A stretch of DNA of 64,000 bases from Octopus vulgaris. Its lineage: Eukaryota. The position numbers were made by a program, and so were the translations under genes. Under the pieces are notes generated by a model that had not been told where the DNA came from, did no database searches, and was given only the letters and a program-made list of their open reading frames with translations. Location: NCBI GenBank assembly GCA_951406725.2, contig OX597820.1, positions 109,554,001 through 109,618,000 on the forward strand. Direction: 5' to 3'. Every line of letters starts with the position of its first letter. Position 1 is the stretch's first letter. This document shows positions 25,572 through 39,700 of this stretch, piece after piece.

Positions 25572-25644
25572 CCTTTTCTCCATGAAAGAGATGATATTTA
25601 TGATCCAAGTGGTTACATGACTTCAAATGGCAATAGTGTTTGGG
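25572..25644 (+). CDS. GPBP1: Host gene coding exon (phase 0 to 1), PFLHERDDIYDPSGYMTSNGNSVW
   Basis: ttttatag| acceptor and |gtaagt donor; open frame; phase matches the next exon (G+AT = Asp). Gene assignment only by in-frame linkage to the 50381 exon. Confidence 0.7.
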
Positions 25645-26634
25645 GTAAGTATCTTCAGGTTTTCCACAAAGCGGGCAAACTTTCTTTTATATAACTATTT
25701 TTGGAAAATCATTTTTTCTAAATTACTATAGATGTGATGATTCTTTAATTGGAGATGTTTAATTGGTTTGTCATTGCTTTACCATTGTTTTGCTATGGTT
25801 TATGCTTAGTGCTAACTACTGAACTGTGAAGTAATAATACTGTTTCTTACCTATGGTCAGTTAAATAGACTGGAATAGGTAAAAACTTTGAAGTGATGTT
25901 TTAGTTTAATGTTATTTTTTTACTAGTTTCACTCAAAGAAATATAACCATAATGGTATACCACCCCCAGTGGGGTATAGTTCATTGATTTGCACACATTT
26001 TAAATGACTTTGAAAGAATTAAAAGTGAAGCTGACCTAGGTAGGACTTGAACTTAAATGGCTGTTACTAAATGCCATATGGGACTTTCTTCAATGCCTTA
26101 CAGTCATTGACTACCAAATATTTTGTTTTCTTAACCTGGATCAACATTACATTGCACCTGATTACCACAGTTTAGTAGTTGCAACACTGTGAAGAAAATC
26201 TTTTTACTTTGTAAATTGAGTTTTGTTAATAGCAGAATTGTTAGAGCATTAAAGAAAATACCTTGTAATAGTTGACTATGATCCTGTGTTCTCAGTTCAA
26301 ATTCTGTTCAGGTCTGTTTTGTCTTTCTGAAGTCATTAAACAATTACCAGTTGGTAAATATATGTACAACAGTTTGATGTAAATGACCACAGTCCAAAAC
26401 AAAAGAAATGAAAGGAAATGTTGAAGATAAAACCAGGCATGATCTTGATTGAATTCCCCAAGAACTTTTTTCCTACTCTACATTTCCTGTATAAAGATAA
26501 ATGTGTCTCACTTTTAAAACAATAATTATTTTTTGTTGTATAATATTACTTATATGTATACATTACTTTATGATATTATAGGTATATATTACTGTATAAT
26601 ATTATATATATTATAATAATATATATATTACTCA

Positions 26635-27030
26635 TCATCATCATTTAGCAGCCATCTTCTCTACTTGTCATGGGTTGGATAGTTCAACAGGATCTGATGA
26701 AGGTCTTTCTAGAGCTTTGTTGACTTTGGCATAGTCTCTATGGCTTGATGCCCTTCCTCATGCCAACCACTTTACTGAGTATATTGGGTACTTTTTGTGG
26801 CACCTGCACTAGTGAAGTCACCCAGTAACTCATGAGGCAAGACCCTTCAATGGAGTGGGGCTTCAGTGAAGAGGAAGACAGCTTTATACAAGGTATTGAC
26901 AAGTTAATAAACCTGTCAATACCAGGTTAATAAAGCATGATAAAGGGATAGGAACCAGTGTTTTGCTGTAGAGGAGATACATGAGTACTCCAGCTAGAAA
27001 GACTGAAAAGAGATGGTAGTGAGAATGTTA
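26635..27030 (-). mobile_element. RTE 3' UTR remnant
   Basis: CATCATCATT..GATGCCCTTCCTCATGCCAACCAC motif shared with the other RTE tails. Confidence 0.75.
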
Positions 27031-27086
27031 GGGTGTATTAATCAATGTCTCCATTTGACTATTGTAATGAATGTGTGTTGTTTCAG

Positions 27087-27220
27087 ATAATTCTGTTCTG
27101 GCCAAATCAGAAAGTCTTTTTACAAGAAATGACATAGATTACCAAACCTATTCAATGGATCAAGAAAGTGACTCTCCTCATCCTGTTGATGATATTTACA
27201 AGTATTTCCCTCCAGCTGAG
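27087..27220 (+). CDS. GPBP1: Host gene coding exon (phase 1 to 0), (D)NSVLAKSESLFTRNDIDYQTYSMDQESDSPHPVDDIYKYFPPAE
   Basis: gttgtttcag| acceptor and |gtcagt donor; 134 nt; open and phase-compatible on both sides. Confidence 0.72.
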
Positions 27221-28318
27221 GTCAGTAATATCATACTGTTTTAACCAGCAATATCACAAATTAGTCCAATACCTTCTATAGTGGTCAGTTTTATTTGTTT
27301 TTTTTTTTATTGAAATGAAATTTTGAGATCTGTTCAGATTCTTAAAAATGGTTCTATATGCTGTTTAAAAGTCAATATTTATTTCATTATCAAGCAGGGT
27401 ATATTTGTGTTGAATGGAGTAAGACCATATGATTAAGTTTACTTTACAATTAGGTAGTTTTGCTTTCGGTACTGGACGAGTGTTTTCTACCATTGTCTCA
27501 GGTCAATCCAAACTTTTTCAGTGAAATTGGGTCAGCAGAAACTGTAATGAAGTTTAGTTCATGGATGTTAGAACTAATCCATTGACTGCTATAAGTCTTA
27601 GGTTCCATCAGCTGATTCCATTCCACTGCAGACATTCATATGAGATAACCAACCAGAAGGTAACTCAGTACCTTAATGTACAGTACTGACAATGAGTTAT
27701 CGTATATTGGGTACTTTTTGTGGCACCTGCACTAGTGAAGTCACCCAGTAACTCACGAGGCAAGACCCTTCAATGGAGTGGGGCTTCAGTGAAGAGGAAG
27801 ACAGCTTTATACAAGGTATTGACAAGTTAATAAACCTGTCAATACCAGCTGCTCTTCCCTAGCTTGGTGACATTCTCTTTTCTCCTCTGGTAAACTACAG
27901 AATTTAAAAAAAAAATAATACTCAAGTTGGCAGAATTTACTTTAATTTGGACTACTTTTTCCTCTATCATCTAGTTTTGAATGCAAAATAAACCTCACCT
28001 CAGTATTCAAGATAGATCTTTCTTTGTTCCAGTTTTTCTTACTCCAATTTTTGTAACATTTTAATTGATAAAACATTGTAATGACTTATTTATATAATTG
28101 ATTACATTATTCAGTTTTAAAAAAGTCTATTATTCATATTGATGATGATAATGATCTTCACATATTCCACTACATTAATATTGACTACTTCCGGGGTTCC
28201 AACTTCACCTTTACTCCCTTCTTTCTCTGACACATGCATCTGGCAAAGTGAGACACTCCAGAAGTGAATTCACTTATATATTTACTGTCCTTTTAAATAT
28301 TTATTCTGTAATGCTTTG

Positions 28319-28371
<53 letters not shown>

Positions 28372-29029
28372 TTGAGTTTGTTGCTACTGGTAACTTCTCA
28401 GGGCTTTGACACTGTCCTCAGTGTCTGCGTTGTGATTTGTAGACTTGCCTTATGTCTTCATTGGGACCTCACAATGCATTGCTGTTTTGGATTCTAACAT
28501 GCAATCCTAAGTGACATATCCATAGTAATTCCAAACACCCAGATGGGGGAATACAAAGTTACACTTATTTGATTGCAAAATCTGCTTGAAGGAAGAAGAG
28601 TTTCGGATTGCTTTCAGAATTCAGCTTTCACTTGTACATATTGTTTGTGTGTTAGCATGGTAGATTCAATCTTTCTTTCAACATTTCCTACTGATTACAT
28701 TAGGACTCAGCTTTTATATTCTACAAGAAAGAAATTAAATATCTTTTATAGAATGAGCAGAGTTTAATCATCATTTATCATTGGGTAGTTTGTCACCAGC
28801 ATTTAACTATTCTCTTCATCTGCATAATTATCATTATTATTCTCATCATCAGTTTGTTTTAAATATCTTCTTAGTCAGCTCTTACTCTGGGTATAGTTTA
28901 CACATTATTCAACTCTTCACCAAAATCCTTTATTCTGCACTTTACTGAAATCCTTCTTTCATCTTCACCAATATTTCCTACCTTTTCTTTCCAATTGCTG
29001 AAATACTCGGTTCATATTTGCATTTAATG

Positions 29030-31250
29030 ATACTGCAAAGAGAGAGACTTGGAGACGCCACTATGAAAGGTTGCTAAATAAAGAGAATGAATGGGAAAAA
29101 GAGAGTCTGCCAAATGTTGACCCAGCAGAGAAACTAGCTATCCGAATTGACTATCTTGGTAGATAAAGCAATTAAGGGTATAAAGACAAGGAAAGCCCCC
29201 AGTCCATCAGGAATCACTGCTGAGATGCTTAAAATATCTAGCAGTGTAGGCTATAGTCTAGTCACCTTATAGTTAACCAGGTGATACATGAAGGAGTCAT
29301 ACCCAATGACTGGTGTAGCAGCACCATAGTCAACTGCTACAAAAGTAAAGGTGACACCTTAGATAGAAATAATTACTGAGGTTTCAACCACTGGTACTAT
29401 ATTTCTGATAAGACAGCTGCAGGAGAAATTCCTAGCCAAGGATAAGCCTCTGCACTTGGCTTTTGTTGACATGGAGAAAGCCTTTGATAGGGTCCTTCGG
29501 TCCCTTATCTGGTGGTTAATGCAGAAACTACAGATAGCTGAATGGTTGGTGAGAGCTGTACAAGCTATGTACAGGGATGCTGTCAGTAAGGTGAGGGTTG
29601 GCAGTAAGTATAGTGAAGAATTCAGGGTACAAGTAGGGGTTCATTAAGGATCAGTCTTCAGCCCCCTCTTATTCATCATAACAGAGGAATTCAAGACAGG
29701 CTGCCCTAGGGAGCTCCTCTATGCTGATGACCTTGCTCTAATTGTTGAGTCACTACCAGAACTAGAGAAGTTCCAAGTGTAGAAAGCAAGGTCTAGAATT
29801 GAAGGGCCTTAGAATTAATCTAGTAAAAACCAAAGTCTTAGTAACCAGGAAGGTGGACAAATCACAAATCTCTTCAGGTAGATGGCACTACTTGATCTGT
29901 AGAAAAGGCATAAGTAGAAATTCCATAAGATGTATTTGGTGTAAGCTATAGACACATGAGACGTGCAACAATTACAAAAGAAGGTTAGCTGGGAAGATAG
30001 TTTTTGTGTGTGGGAGATGCACAGGTGCAATAAACATAAAAAATGTACAGAAAACAGGTTCTATCATATGCCAGAGGGAAAAACTAGAAGTAATTGATAG
30101 CTTCCGTTACCTAGGTGACCAAGTCAGTAGCTGGGGTGGATGTTCTAAGAGTGTAGCTGCTAGAATAAGAATAGCATGGGCAAAGTTCAGAGAGCTCCTA
30201 TCTCTGCTGGTAACAAAGAGCCTCTCGTTCAGACTGAAAGGTAGACTGTATGGTGCCTGTGTCTGAACAGTCACGCTACACGGTAGTGAAACATGGGCTG
30301 TGACTGCTGAGGACATGCCTAGGCTTGAAAGAAATGAAGCTCGTATGCTCCATTGGCTGTATAATGTCAGTGTGCATACACAACAGTGTGAGCACTCTGA
30401 GAGAAAAGTTGGACATAAGAAGCATCAGACGTGGTGTGCAAGAGAGGCTGATGTGATGTGTATGGATGAGGACAGCTGTGTGAAGAAGTGTCACACTCTA
30501 ACAGTGGTGGGAACCTGTGGAAGAGGCAGACCCAGGAAGACATGAGATGAGGTGGTGAAGCATGACCTTCAAATGTTGGGCCTCACTGAGGCAATGACAG
30601 ATGATCGAGATCTTTGGAGATATGCTGTGCTTGAGAAGACCTGGCAAGCCAAGTGAGATTGTAGTCGTAACTGATGCCAGTGTCACATAACTGGTCCATT
30701 TAGAAGCAGCCGTCAATTGTTGGCGATATGGCATGCCTGTGAAGACCTGATAAACTGAATGAAATCGTAGTCATGACCAATGCTAATGGCACCTAACTGG
30801 CACCTGTGCTGGTGGAAAGTAACATATACCATTTGAGTGTGGCCAATGCCAGTGCCACTTGACTGACACCCATGCTGGTGGAATGTGAAAAGCATCATTC
30901 GAGGTTGGCCGATGCCAGTGCTACCTGCCTGCTACCTGTGCTAGTGGTACATAAAAGACACCATTTGAGCATGGTTGATGCCACTTCCACTTGACTAGCA
31001 CTCGTGCCACTGGCATGTGCAAAGCACCATTTGAGCGTGGTCAATGCCAGTGCTGCCTGGCTGGCTCACATGCCAGTGGCATGTAAAAAGCACCCTCTAC
31101 ACTCTTGGAGTGGTTGGCGTTAGGAAGGGCATCCAGCTGTAGAAACCTTGCCAAATCAGATTGAACCTTGGTGCAACCTCCCAGCTCACCAGTACTTAGT
31201 CTAATCATCCAACCCATACCAGCATGGAAAGGGGATGTTAAATGAAGATA
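29030..31250 (+). mobile_element. 5'-truncated RTE LINE with 3' UTR hairpin array
   Basis: AFVDMEKAFDRV, YADDL, CGRC, FRYLGD, GRGRPRKT; UTR motif GGTTGGCGTTAGGAAGGGCATCCAGC. Confidence 0.95.
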
Positions 31251-31847
31251 ATACTCCAAGTTCTGATGGAATATTCTGTAAGATACACTCATGGCATTCC
31301 TCTTTAGTTTTTATTAACTTAAAATATCTCCTTGTATGGAGATAACATATCATTTTTTATAAGGAGTCAGAACTGATTTGAATTACTTTCATCCATTTGT
31401 TCATGACAGTAGGAGAAATATTTTTCATTGGTCTGAAAATTGTTGCTATTTTCATTTACTTCCAAAAGTAACTATATTAAAAAAAAAGAAAAACATCCAA
31501 CTGCTTTAATATTTTCTTTGGTATGTTAGGCAAGGAATTTGATTTATATTTTGAACAGATGTCATAGGATTTTGGTAGCCTTATAGGTTATTAAAATTTA
31601 TTGCTGTTATATTCATTTTTCCTTTATGGTTAATAATATTAAAATTTGTGAATGAAGAAAGACTTTTGGTAAATATTTACTATAAACAATAATAAAAAAG
31701 TAAATTTAAAACCACACATGTTTGAAATAGCTGTGTTAGTATTCTCTCTGGTTATTACATTTGACTTTTTTTCAGTCATTTTATTTCAAGCATTTAAAGT
31801 ATTTTTGTAATATTCTCATCACCCCCATTTTTAATTTTTACATTCAG

Positions 31848-31973
31848 GATATTCATCAACTGTGCAATAGTCAAGAAAATGAATTGACTTGGCAGTTCGA
31901 CAATGATTATCCATCCCATAATTCTGACAATACTCCTGGTCAGGGTAGAGTAGTAAAATCACAAGGAAATGGG
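31848..31973 (+). CDS. GPBP1: Host gene coding exon (phase 0 to 0), DIHQLCNSQENELTWQFDNDYPSHNSDNTPGQGRVVKSQGNG
   Basis: tttttacattcag| acceptor and |gtaagt donor; 126 nt open. Confidence 0.75.
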
Positions 31974-33167
31974 GTAAGTTTCTTACCAAGTTTAATTTTC
32001 ATAAAACTGGAAAAATATTCAGCAATCAAATTAATAAAGCTTTTCGCTGTTTTTATTAATTCACTAATTATTACCATAAACTATCAAATAATGCCAAAGC
32101 TCTGAGCTGATCAGAGAGAACCTATAGAATCTATTTTCACTGTCTTTTTCTACAAAGGACCGTCATCCTCATAGTGATTTTATTTTTATACTTTGAAACA
32201 AAGTTATAATTTCATAATAAAAAATGGTTTTAGACAACTGAAATTACAACAGTGAATATATGTATGTATATACTTTAATAGTACTGAATAAAATGTTGAA
32301 ATAATTAAGCAAGTTGATAAATGCAGCTATAAGTTCTAATAATAATAATTTCCATTTAACTTTGGTTTGAATTTTTCAATTACGTATCTGTCTTCTAATG
32401 CTACACTCTATTTTTAAAGAAGGAATAATTTTGAAAGTTTCAGCACTACAGAAATTTTTCTGTAATGTCTTATGTGTTATGTGACTTTAGAAAGTTCATT
32501 AAGGAAAAATATTTTGGAAAATTTATCCCTTTTGTTATTATATTTCTAACCAAAATACACCCTTTATGTGTTTCAATTAAATTCTCAAATAATCATGAAT
32601 TTAGACCAGTTTTATAAAACAGTTCTAACTTTTTTATTTATCAACATATGTAATTTTGGGAACATATTTAACAAAATGTTTTCAATCAAATCTATTTCAT
32701 AATTTTTGTCTCAAAGCAAATTTAATTACAGATAAATTCAACAAAATACAACATTATTTAAAGTTTGTTAATACATCAGTATAGAAAATGAGTTATTAGC
32801 TAATATTCAATGAATATACAATAAAATTTTAATAGAGAAGAATTGTGCAGAATACTAGATTTTCTATTAGTTGAACTTAATACTCATAAGACAGGTGTAC
32901 TATAAAGGAAACTAGAAAGAAGTAGGTGTATCATAAAGGTAAAACAGGATGAAATACTGAAACTGTCTTTGAAGAAAACTAAGAAATGAAATTTATTTCA
33001 TTTAGTTGTTAACTAAATGAAATAAATTCCCATGCATGCATTAATACACAGAAACACACTTACTACAGAATTTTTGATACTTCAAATTAATCAAATACTA
33101 GTAAATAAAAAATAAAAACATGGTAAACTTGAAAAAAATGATAAATTAAATTTATATATATAAATAA

Positions 33168-33515
33168 ATGGCTGTGTATTAAGTAGCTTGTTTACCAACC
33201 ACATGGTTCCGGGTTCAGTCTCATTGCATGGCACCTTGGGTAAGTGTCTTCTACTATAGCCTTGGGCCAACCAAAGCCTTGTAGTGGATTTGATAAACTG
33301 AAACTGAAAGAGGCCTGTTGTGTGTGTTTGTGTGGATATGGTTATATGGTTGTGTGTCTGTGTGTGTCCTCCACCATCACTTGACAACTGATGCTGGTGT
33401 GTTTACGTCCCTGTAACTTACAAAGAATAAACCCTGGGGTTGATTTGTTTGACTAATGGCAGTGCTCCAGCATGGCCACAGTCAAATGTTTGAAACAAAT
33501 AAAAGAAAAAAAAAG
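33168..33515 (+). mobile_element. tRNA-derived SINE (9678 family)
   Basis: Head TGGCTGTG..GGTTCCGGGTTCAGTC; tail GTGCTCCAGCATGGCCACAGTCAAATG. Confidence 0.9.
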
Positions 33516-34837
33516 AATATATAGTATGTGTTCACTGACAGAGGGTAGAATAATTTGGGGGTTATAACCTACAAATGGGTCTGGTTACAGTTGACAGTGA
33601 ATATAGAACATAAATTAAAATAACGAAGGTTAAAGAATAAAACCTGCCAAAGAATATGAATTGAATGTTAAAAGGAAGAAGGATATATATGTGTTCATTG
33701 ACATGAACACATATATATATAGATGTATATAGACATACACACACTCACTCATGCCACCAAGTGAGTATCATTTAATGTGGTCATAAATAACCAAGATGTT
33801 TGCATTAGAGTAAGCAGATAAATAGTGTCTAACTCCTTGCTATGCAGCAAATTCTACAATCAGTTACGGATGACTAGACCAGCATGTTAGGGGGTGGTTT
33901 CGCAGACACACTCACACTTACACAAGTATTTATATATATATGCATAGACGCACACTCATACATATATTTACAAATATTTACATTTACAAGTATTTACATA
34001 CATATACAGATACATGCACATATCTCCATATGCATATATATACATTCACATACAGAGCCCCATATATAAGTATTTACATATAGACCATTCATAAGTATTT
34101 ATCTCTGTGCATCCACAAATATATTTACACATAGGGGCCCATGTGTAGATGTCTATATTCCAGGTATGTAATAACACCTCATGAAGTCTCTAAATATTTA
34201 CTGTTCCGGGCACACATCCATGCAAATATATTTATATGTGCATATACATAGCTGTATTTTCGCATTAGCACACATCAGTGACACACAAACTCCCATGGTG
34301 ACATATATAAACAGACAATAATCATGATACATATTGCATAAAATGGAATTAAATGGATTTTACATACAACTGGAGGAACAGTCTATAATTGTACTTATAA
34401 TATTCAACAATAATGTTGATACGTATTGTATAAAATGGAATTATATGGATAGTTAATAGGTCTTATTTGTGTAGGTAGTCTAGGACTGTATGGTCTGTCC
34501 ATATGAGTTAGTAGGATGCAAAATTCACTGGTACAATGATATACAACTTATAACATAATATATAGCATATATCATACTGTGCTGAGGATTTACCTGTTTT
34601 TTTATATGTACTTTGGTATATATTTTTGTCACAACAAACTTAGTTTAGAAGGACAAATGCACATGTATTCAGAATAGTGTACAGTCAGTATTAATGTTCA
34701 CATACTGGGTAGCTCAGAAGTCTGTAAATCAAAACTCCACTCTGCTAGCTTTTCCATGATCGTGCTCCAGCATGACTACTGCCGCATAGCCGAAACAAGT
34801 AAAAGAGTAAAAGAAAATATGTATATATATATTTGTC

Positions 34838-34892
<55 letters not shown>

Positions 34893-34897
<5 letters not shown>

Positions 34898-35412
34898 ATA
34901 TTTCGGAATGGTCATTTTGCCAGTTTAGCCAATAAAAACACACGCACTATATATTTGGTGTTATTTTGCTTCAGTGTTATTTATTTTTTACATTAATCTT
35001 AATCTTATTTCGGCCAGAGTTCTTTCGTCACACTCCTGTGACCGCATCAGTGGTCCTTTGTTTTCTTCTTTCTTATTTGTGTCTCTCCTTACTAACCGTC
35101 AGCCATTTTGTATTTCTATTGTATGTCTTCGTTTGCGCATGCTTATATCTCTATGTGCATTTATGTTTATTTAGTGTGTGTATGTGGGGGGATGCCTCTA
35201 ATATTTGTATCTTCTGTTTATATATGTTCATGTAATTTGTATTACAGAAGCTACACACATAATAGAAAATAAACTTAGCCTGAATAGAAAACTAGAATGG
35301 AGCACTAGCACACACCACAACATATGACAATAGAGGATCCTGAAAACATAATAAATATACAGATAAATAAACTAATAGAAATAAATGGCTATATATATGT
35401 ATATATATATAC

Positions 35413-35455
<43 letters not shown>

Positions 35456-36062
35456 GATATTTTTTTTGAAATTTATTATTTTTATTTTTTATTTTTTATT
35501 TAAAAAAAATTTTTTATATATATATATATATATTTTTTTTTTCAATTCGATTTATTATTATTATTACTAGTATTGTTATACATACAAGCATATGTAATGA
35601 TAATAATAAGTTGATGTAAACACATGAACAAAATAAGAATAAACAAAAACAACAAAAACAAAATACAAATTACATGAACATATATAAACAGAAGATACAA
35701 ATATTAGAGGCATCCCCTCACATACACTAAATAAACATAAACGCACATAGAGATATAAGCATGCGCAAATGAAGACATACAATAGAAATACAAAATGGCT
35801 GACGGTTAGTAAGGAGAGACACAAATAAGAAAGAAGAAAACAAAGGACCACTGATGCGGTCACAGGAGTGTGATGAAAGAACTCTGGCCGAAATAAGATT
35901 AAGATTAATGTAAAAAATAAATAACAATGAAGCAAAATAACACCAAATATATAGTGCATGTGTTTTTATTGGCTAAACTGGCAAAATGACCATTCCGAAA
36001 TATAACAATATCTGTTTCAACACACGACTTCACATAAAAAATCTTGCACAACAAATATTTAA
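34893..36062 (+). mobile_element. Extremely truncated PLE with inverted terminus (arms about 34893-35240 and 35665-36010)
   Basis: About 345-bp inverted repeat; 35241-35305 translates ITEATHIIENKLSLNRKLEWS, matching the GIY-YIG C-terminus at 24080-24142; (TA)n on both sides. Confidence 0.8.
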
Positions 36063-37558
<1,496 letters not shown>

Positions 37559-37559
37559 T

Positions 37560-39700
37560 TATAGTAATAATAGTTGGGAATATAATTCCAAAACATACAG
37601 GGAAAAATTTAATTTAACAATTTTAAATAAAATTTTACAATACATAATATATGTATATATTTTAGAGAAAAACCGCTATTAAACAATTCAATAAAGAAAG
37701 GTGTTATTCACACCATATAGAAAACATATACTATAAAAAATCCTTATTTTAAAAATAATAAAATGCAATAAATAGTAAATAGTAGTTAAAAGACTACGCA
37801 CATTTCATGGCTGTATTTTCAAATAGATAATAATAATAAAATCAATTCAATTTAAAATCAAATTGAACTAACATTAATTCTATTTAAAAATATAGTCACT
37901 TATCAGGTCTAAGATAAGAAATAATAAAAAAATAATAGAATAAATGTACTTATCTAAACTATAAATAATTGAAAAGCATTTAACAATATTTCTTAAAATT
38001 AAAATATAACATATTTTGTCGAAGGATTTTCGTTAACTAAAAATTTCAACGTAAAACATCAAACTTAGCATTTATAAGAAATATATCGCGTGAAAATATG
38101 GCGTAAATAGAATTTATAGAAGAAATAGATAGAAAGAAATATGTATTTGAGCTATAAAAATTACAAATGTATTATAGCTGTAAGAATAAGGAAAAAAAAT
38201 TAACTTTAATATACTATTAATTGGAAAATTTGTAAAGTCTTAATAATTTAAATACTAAATACGTAAAATTTAAATAATTTAAATACTAAATATGTAAAAT
38301 ACATAATATAATAAAGATAAATTAAGCTAAAATTCTATAATTTATTTATTTTATAATTTATAATTTATTTATTTATTTTATAATTTTATAATTCTAATTA
38401 TGTAATATAGACTATATAATCTTGTGATAATTTATACACATTTTACTACTATAAATAATAACTACAACAATCAGTTAGATAAAACAGGGTTTATATATAA
38501 ACACAAATTAACTAAACTTATATAAGTAATTTGATTAATGTCTACATTTAATTTTTCGTTCGTCTAGGGAATTAGCTAAATTTTTATTATTAGTTAATAA
38601 TATCTCCTTAAATTCGTCAGTACATAATAAACAAAAATTACTACCTATTCGATATGATTTTGCCTTATGTAAATGTAAATGGCATTTAAATTATAATCAT
38701 TCCTATTATCATCAAAGTCATTACACATTTATATACTACATCATCGATATTACATTTATTATTAAATTTACATTTAGTTTTATTTCTACACGTATAATTA
38801 ATTATATTATTATTATTATTATTATTGGAATAATTATTTGATTTGTTTTTGTAAAACTTATTCAGCTTAAATTTATTAAAAGAAGAAATAATGTTACCTA
38901 CATTATTAGTAGTAGAATAACCAACTCCATAATTATTACTAGAAAAAATGTTATATTTTATATTATTTCTAATGAATTCTTCAATTATAGTTAAAATCTC
39001 TTTAATAATGTTTGTTTTAACTTGTGCTCCATAAGGAATAACTAACCAAATTTTGTTCTTATTATTAATATTATTATATTTATTTTTTATATTATTAAAT
39101 TTATTACTATCATTAAATGAATTAAATTTAATCTTATCTTTTAGTCTATTTATGTTTTGTATTATCATAATACATATTATTAATACCATAATTACCTAAA
39201 TAAAATGTATCATAATTCTTAATGTTAAGTTTATTATTATAAAAAAATATAGGAATCATTTATATTATAATCATATTTAGAATTATTAAAGAATTTAATA
39301 TTATTATTATATCCCACCTTGCAGGGCTTCATTATAATAAAGTGCGTGTTTATGGAAAATCTCAAAATTAGAAGAAAGCAACAATATTCTTTTCCCTATA
39401 TTATCTATCAATGATTTCTTAATATATCAAAGGTTTTCATTAATTTTATGGAATGGTTGGGTTTTACCTGTTATTAGATTAAAATTAGCATCTAAATAAT
39501 TAACATTATAGTTATTATATATAGTAATACTCAATCCATATCTGTTAAAAAAAACTATATAGTTTCTTTTTATATAATTCTAGTGTTCTATTGATGCAAT
39601 TCTTAGTTATTAATAAAAGGTCATCCCTATATAAACCACCCTCCAACTTCAATTTTTCTAATTGAAGTTCCGATAATAAAAACCTACTAAATCAGTTGCC
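37560..39700 (-). mobile_element. AT-rich YRDD-type PLE, decayed (RT end, GIY-YIG, terminus)
   Basis: GGLYRDDLL near 39620-39645, KIWLVIPYG, CRNKTKCKFNNKC..VVYKC; terminus similar to 52385-52720. Confidence 0.85.
37790..37910 (-). ncRNA. Degenerate hammerhead ribozyme-like motif
   Basis: AGAC|CTGATAA|GTGACTATATTTT..AAAATACAGCCAT|GAAAT-GTGC-GTA|GTCT; G8A change in the core. Confidence 0.6.

Noticed and set aside
30780-31095. Repeat-spacer pattern resembling a CRISPR array
   Set aside because: Eukaryotic context, repeats degenerate, spacers homologous to each other, no cas genes, and always part of the RTE 3' UTR
35966-36010. Possible HHR in the minimal PLE (TATTG..GAAATATAACAATA)
   Set aside because: Stem I-like pairing exists but there is no recognisable 5' core (CUGANGA or a covariant)
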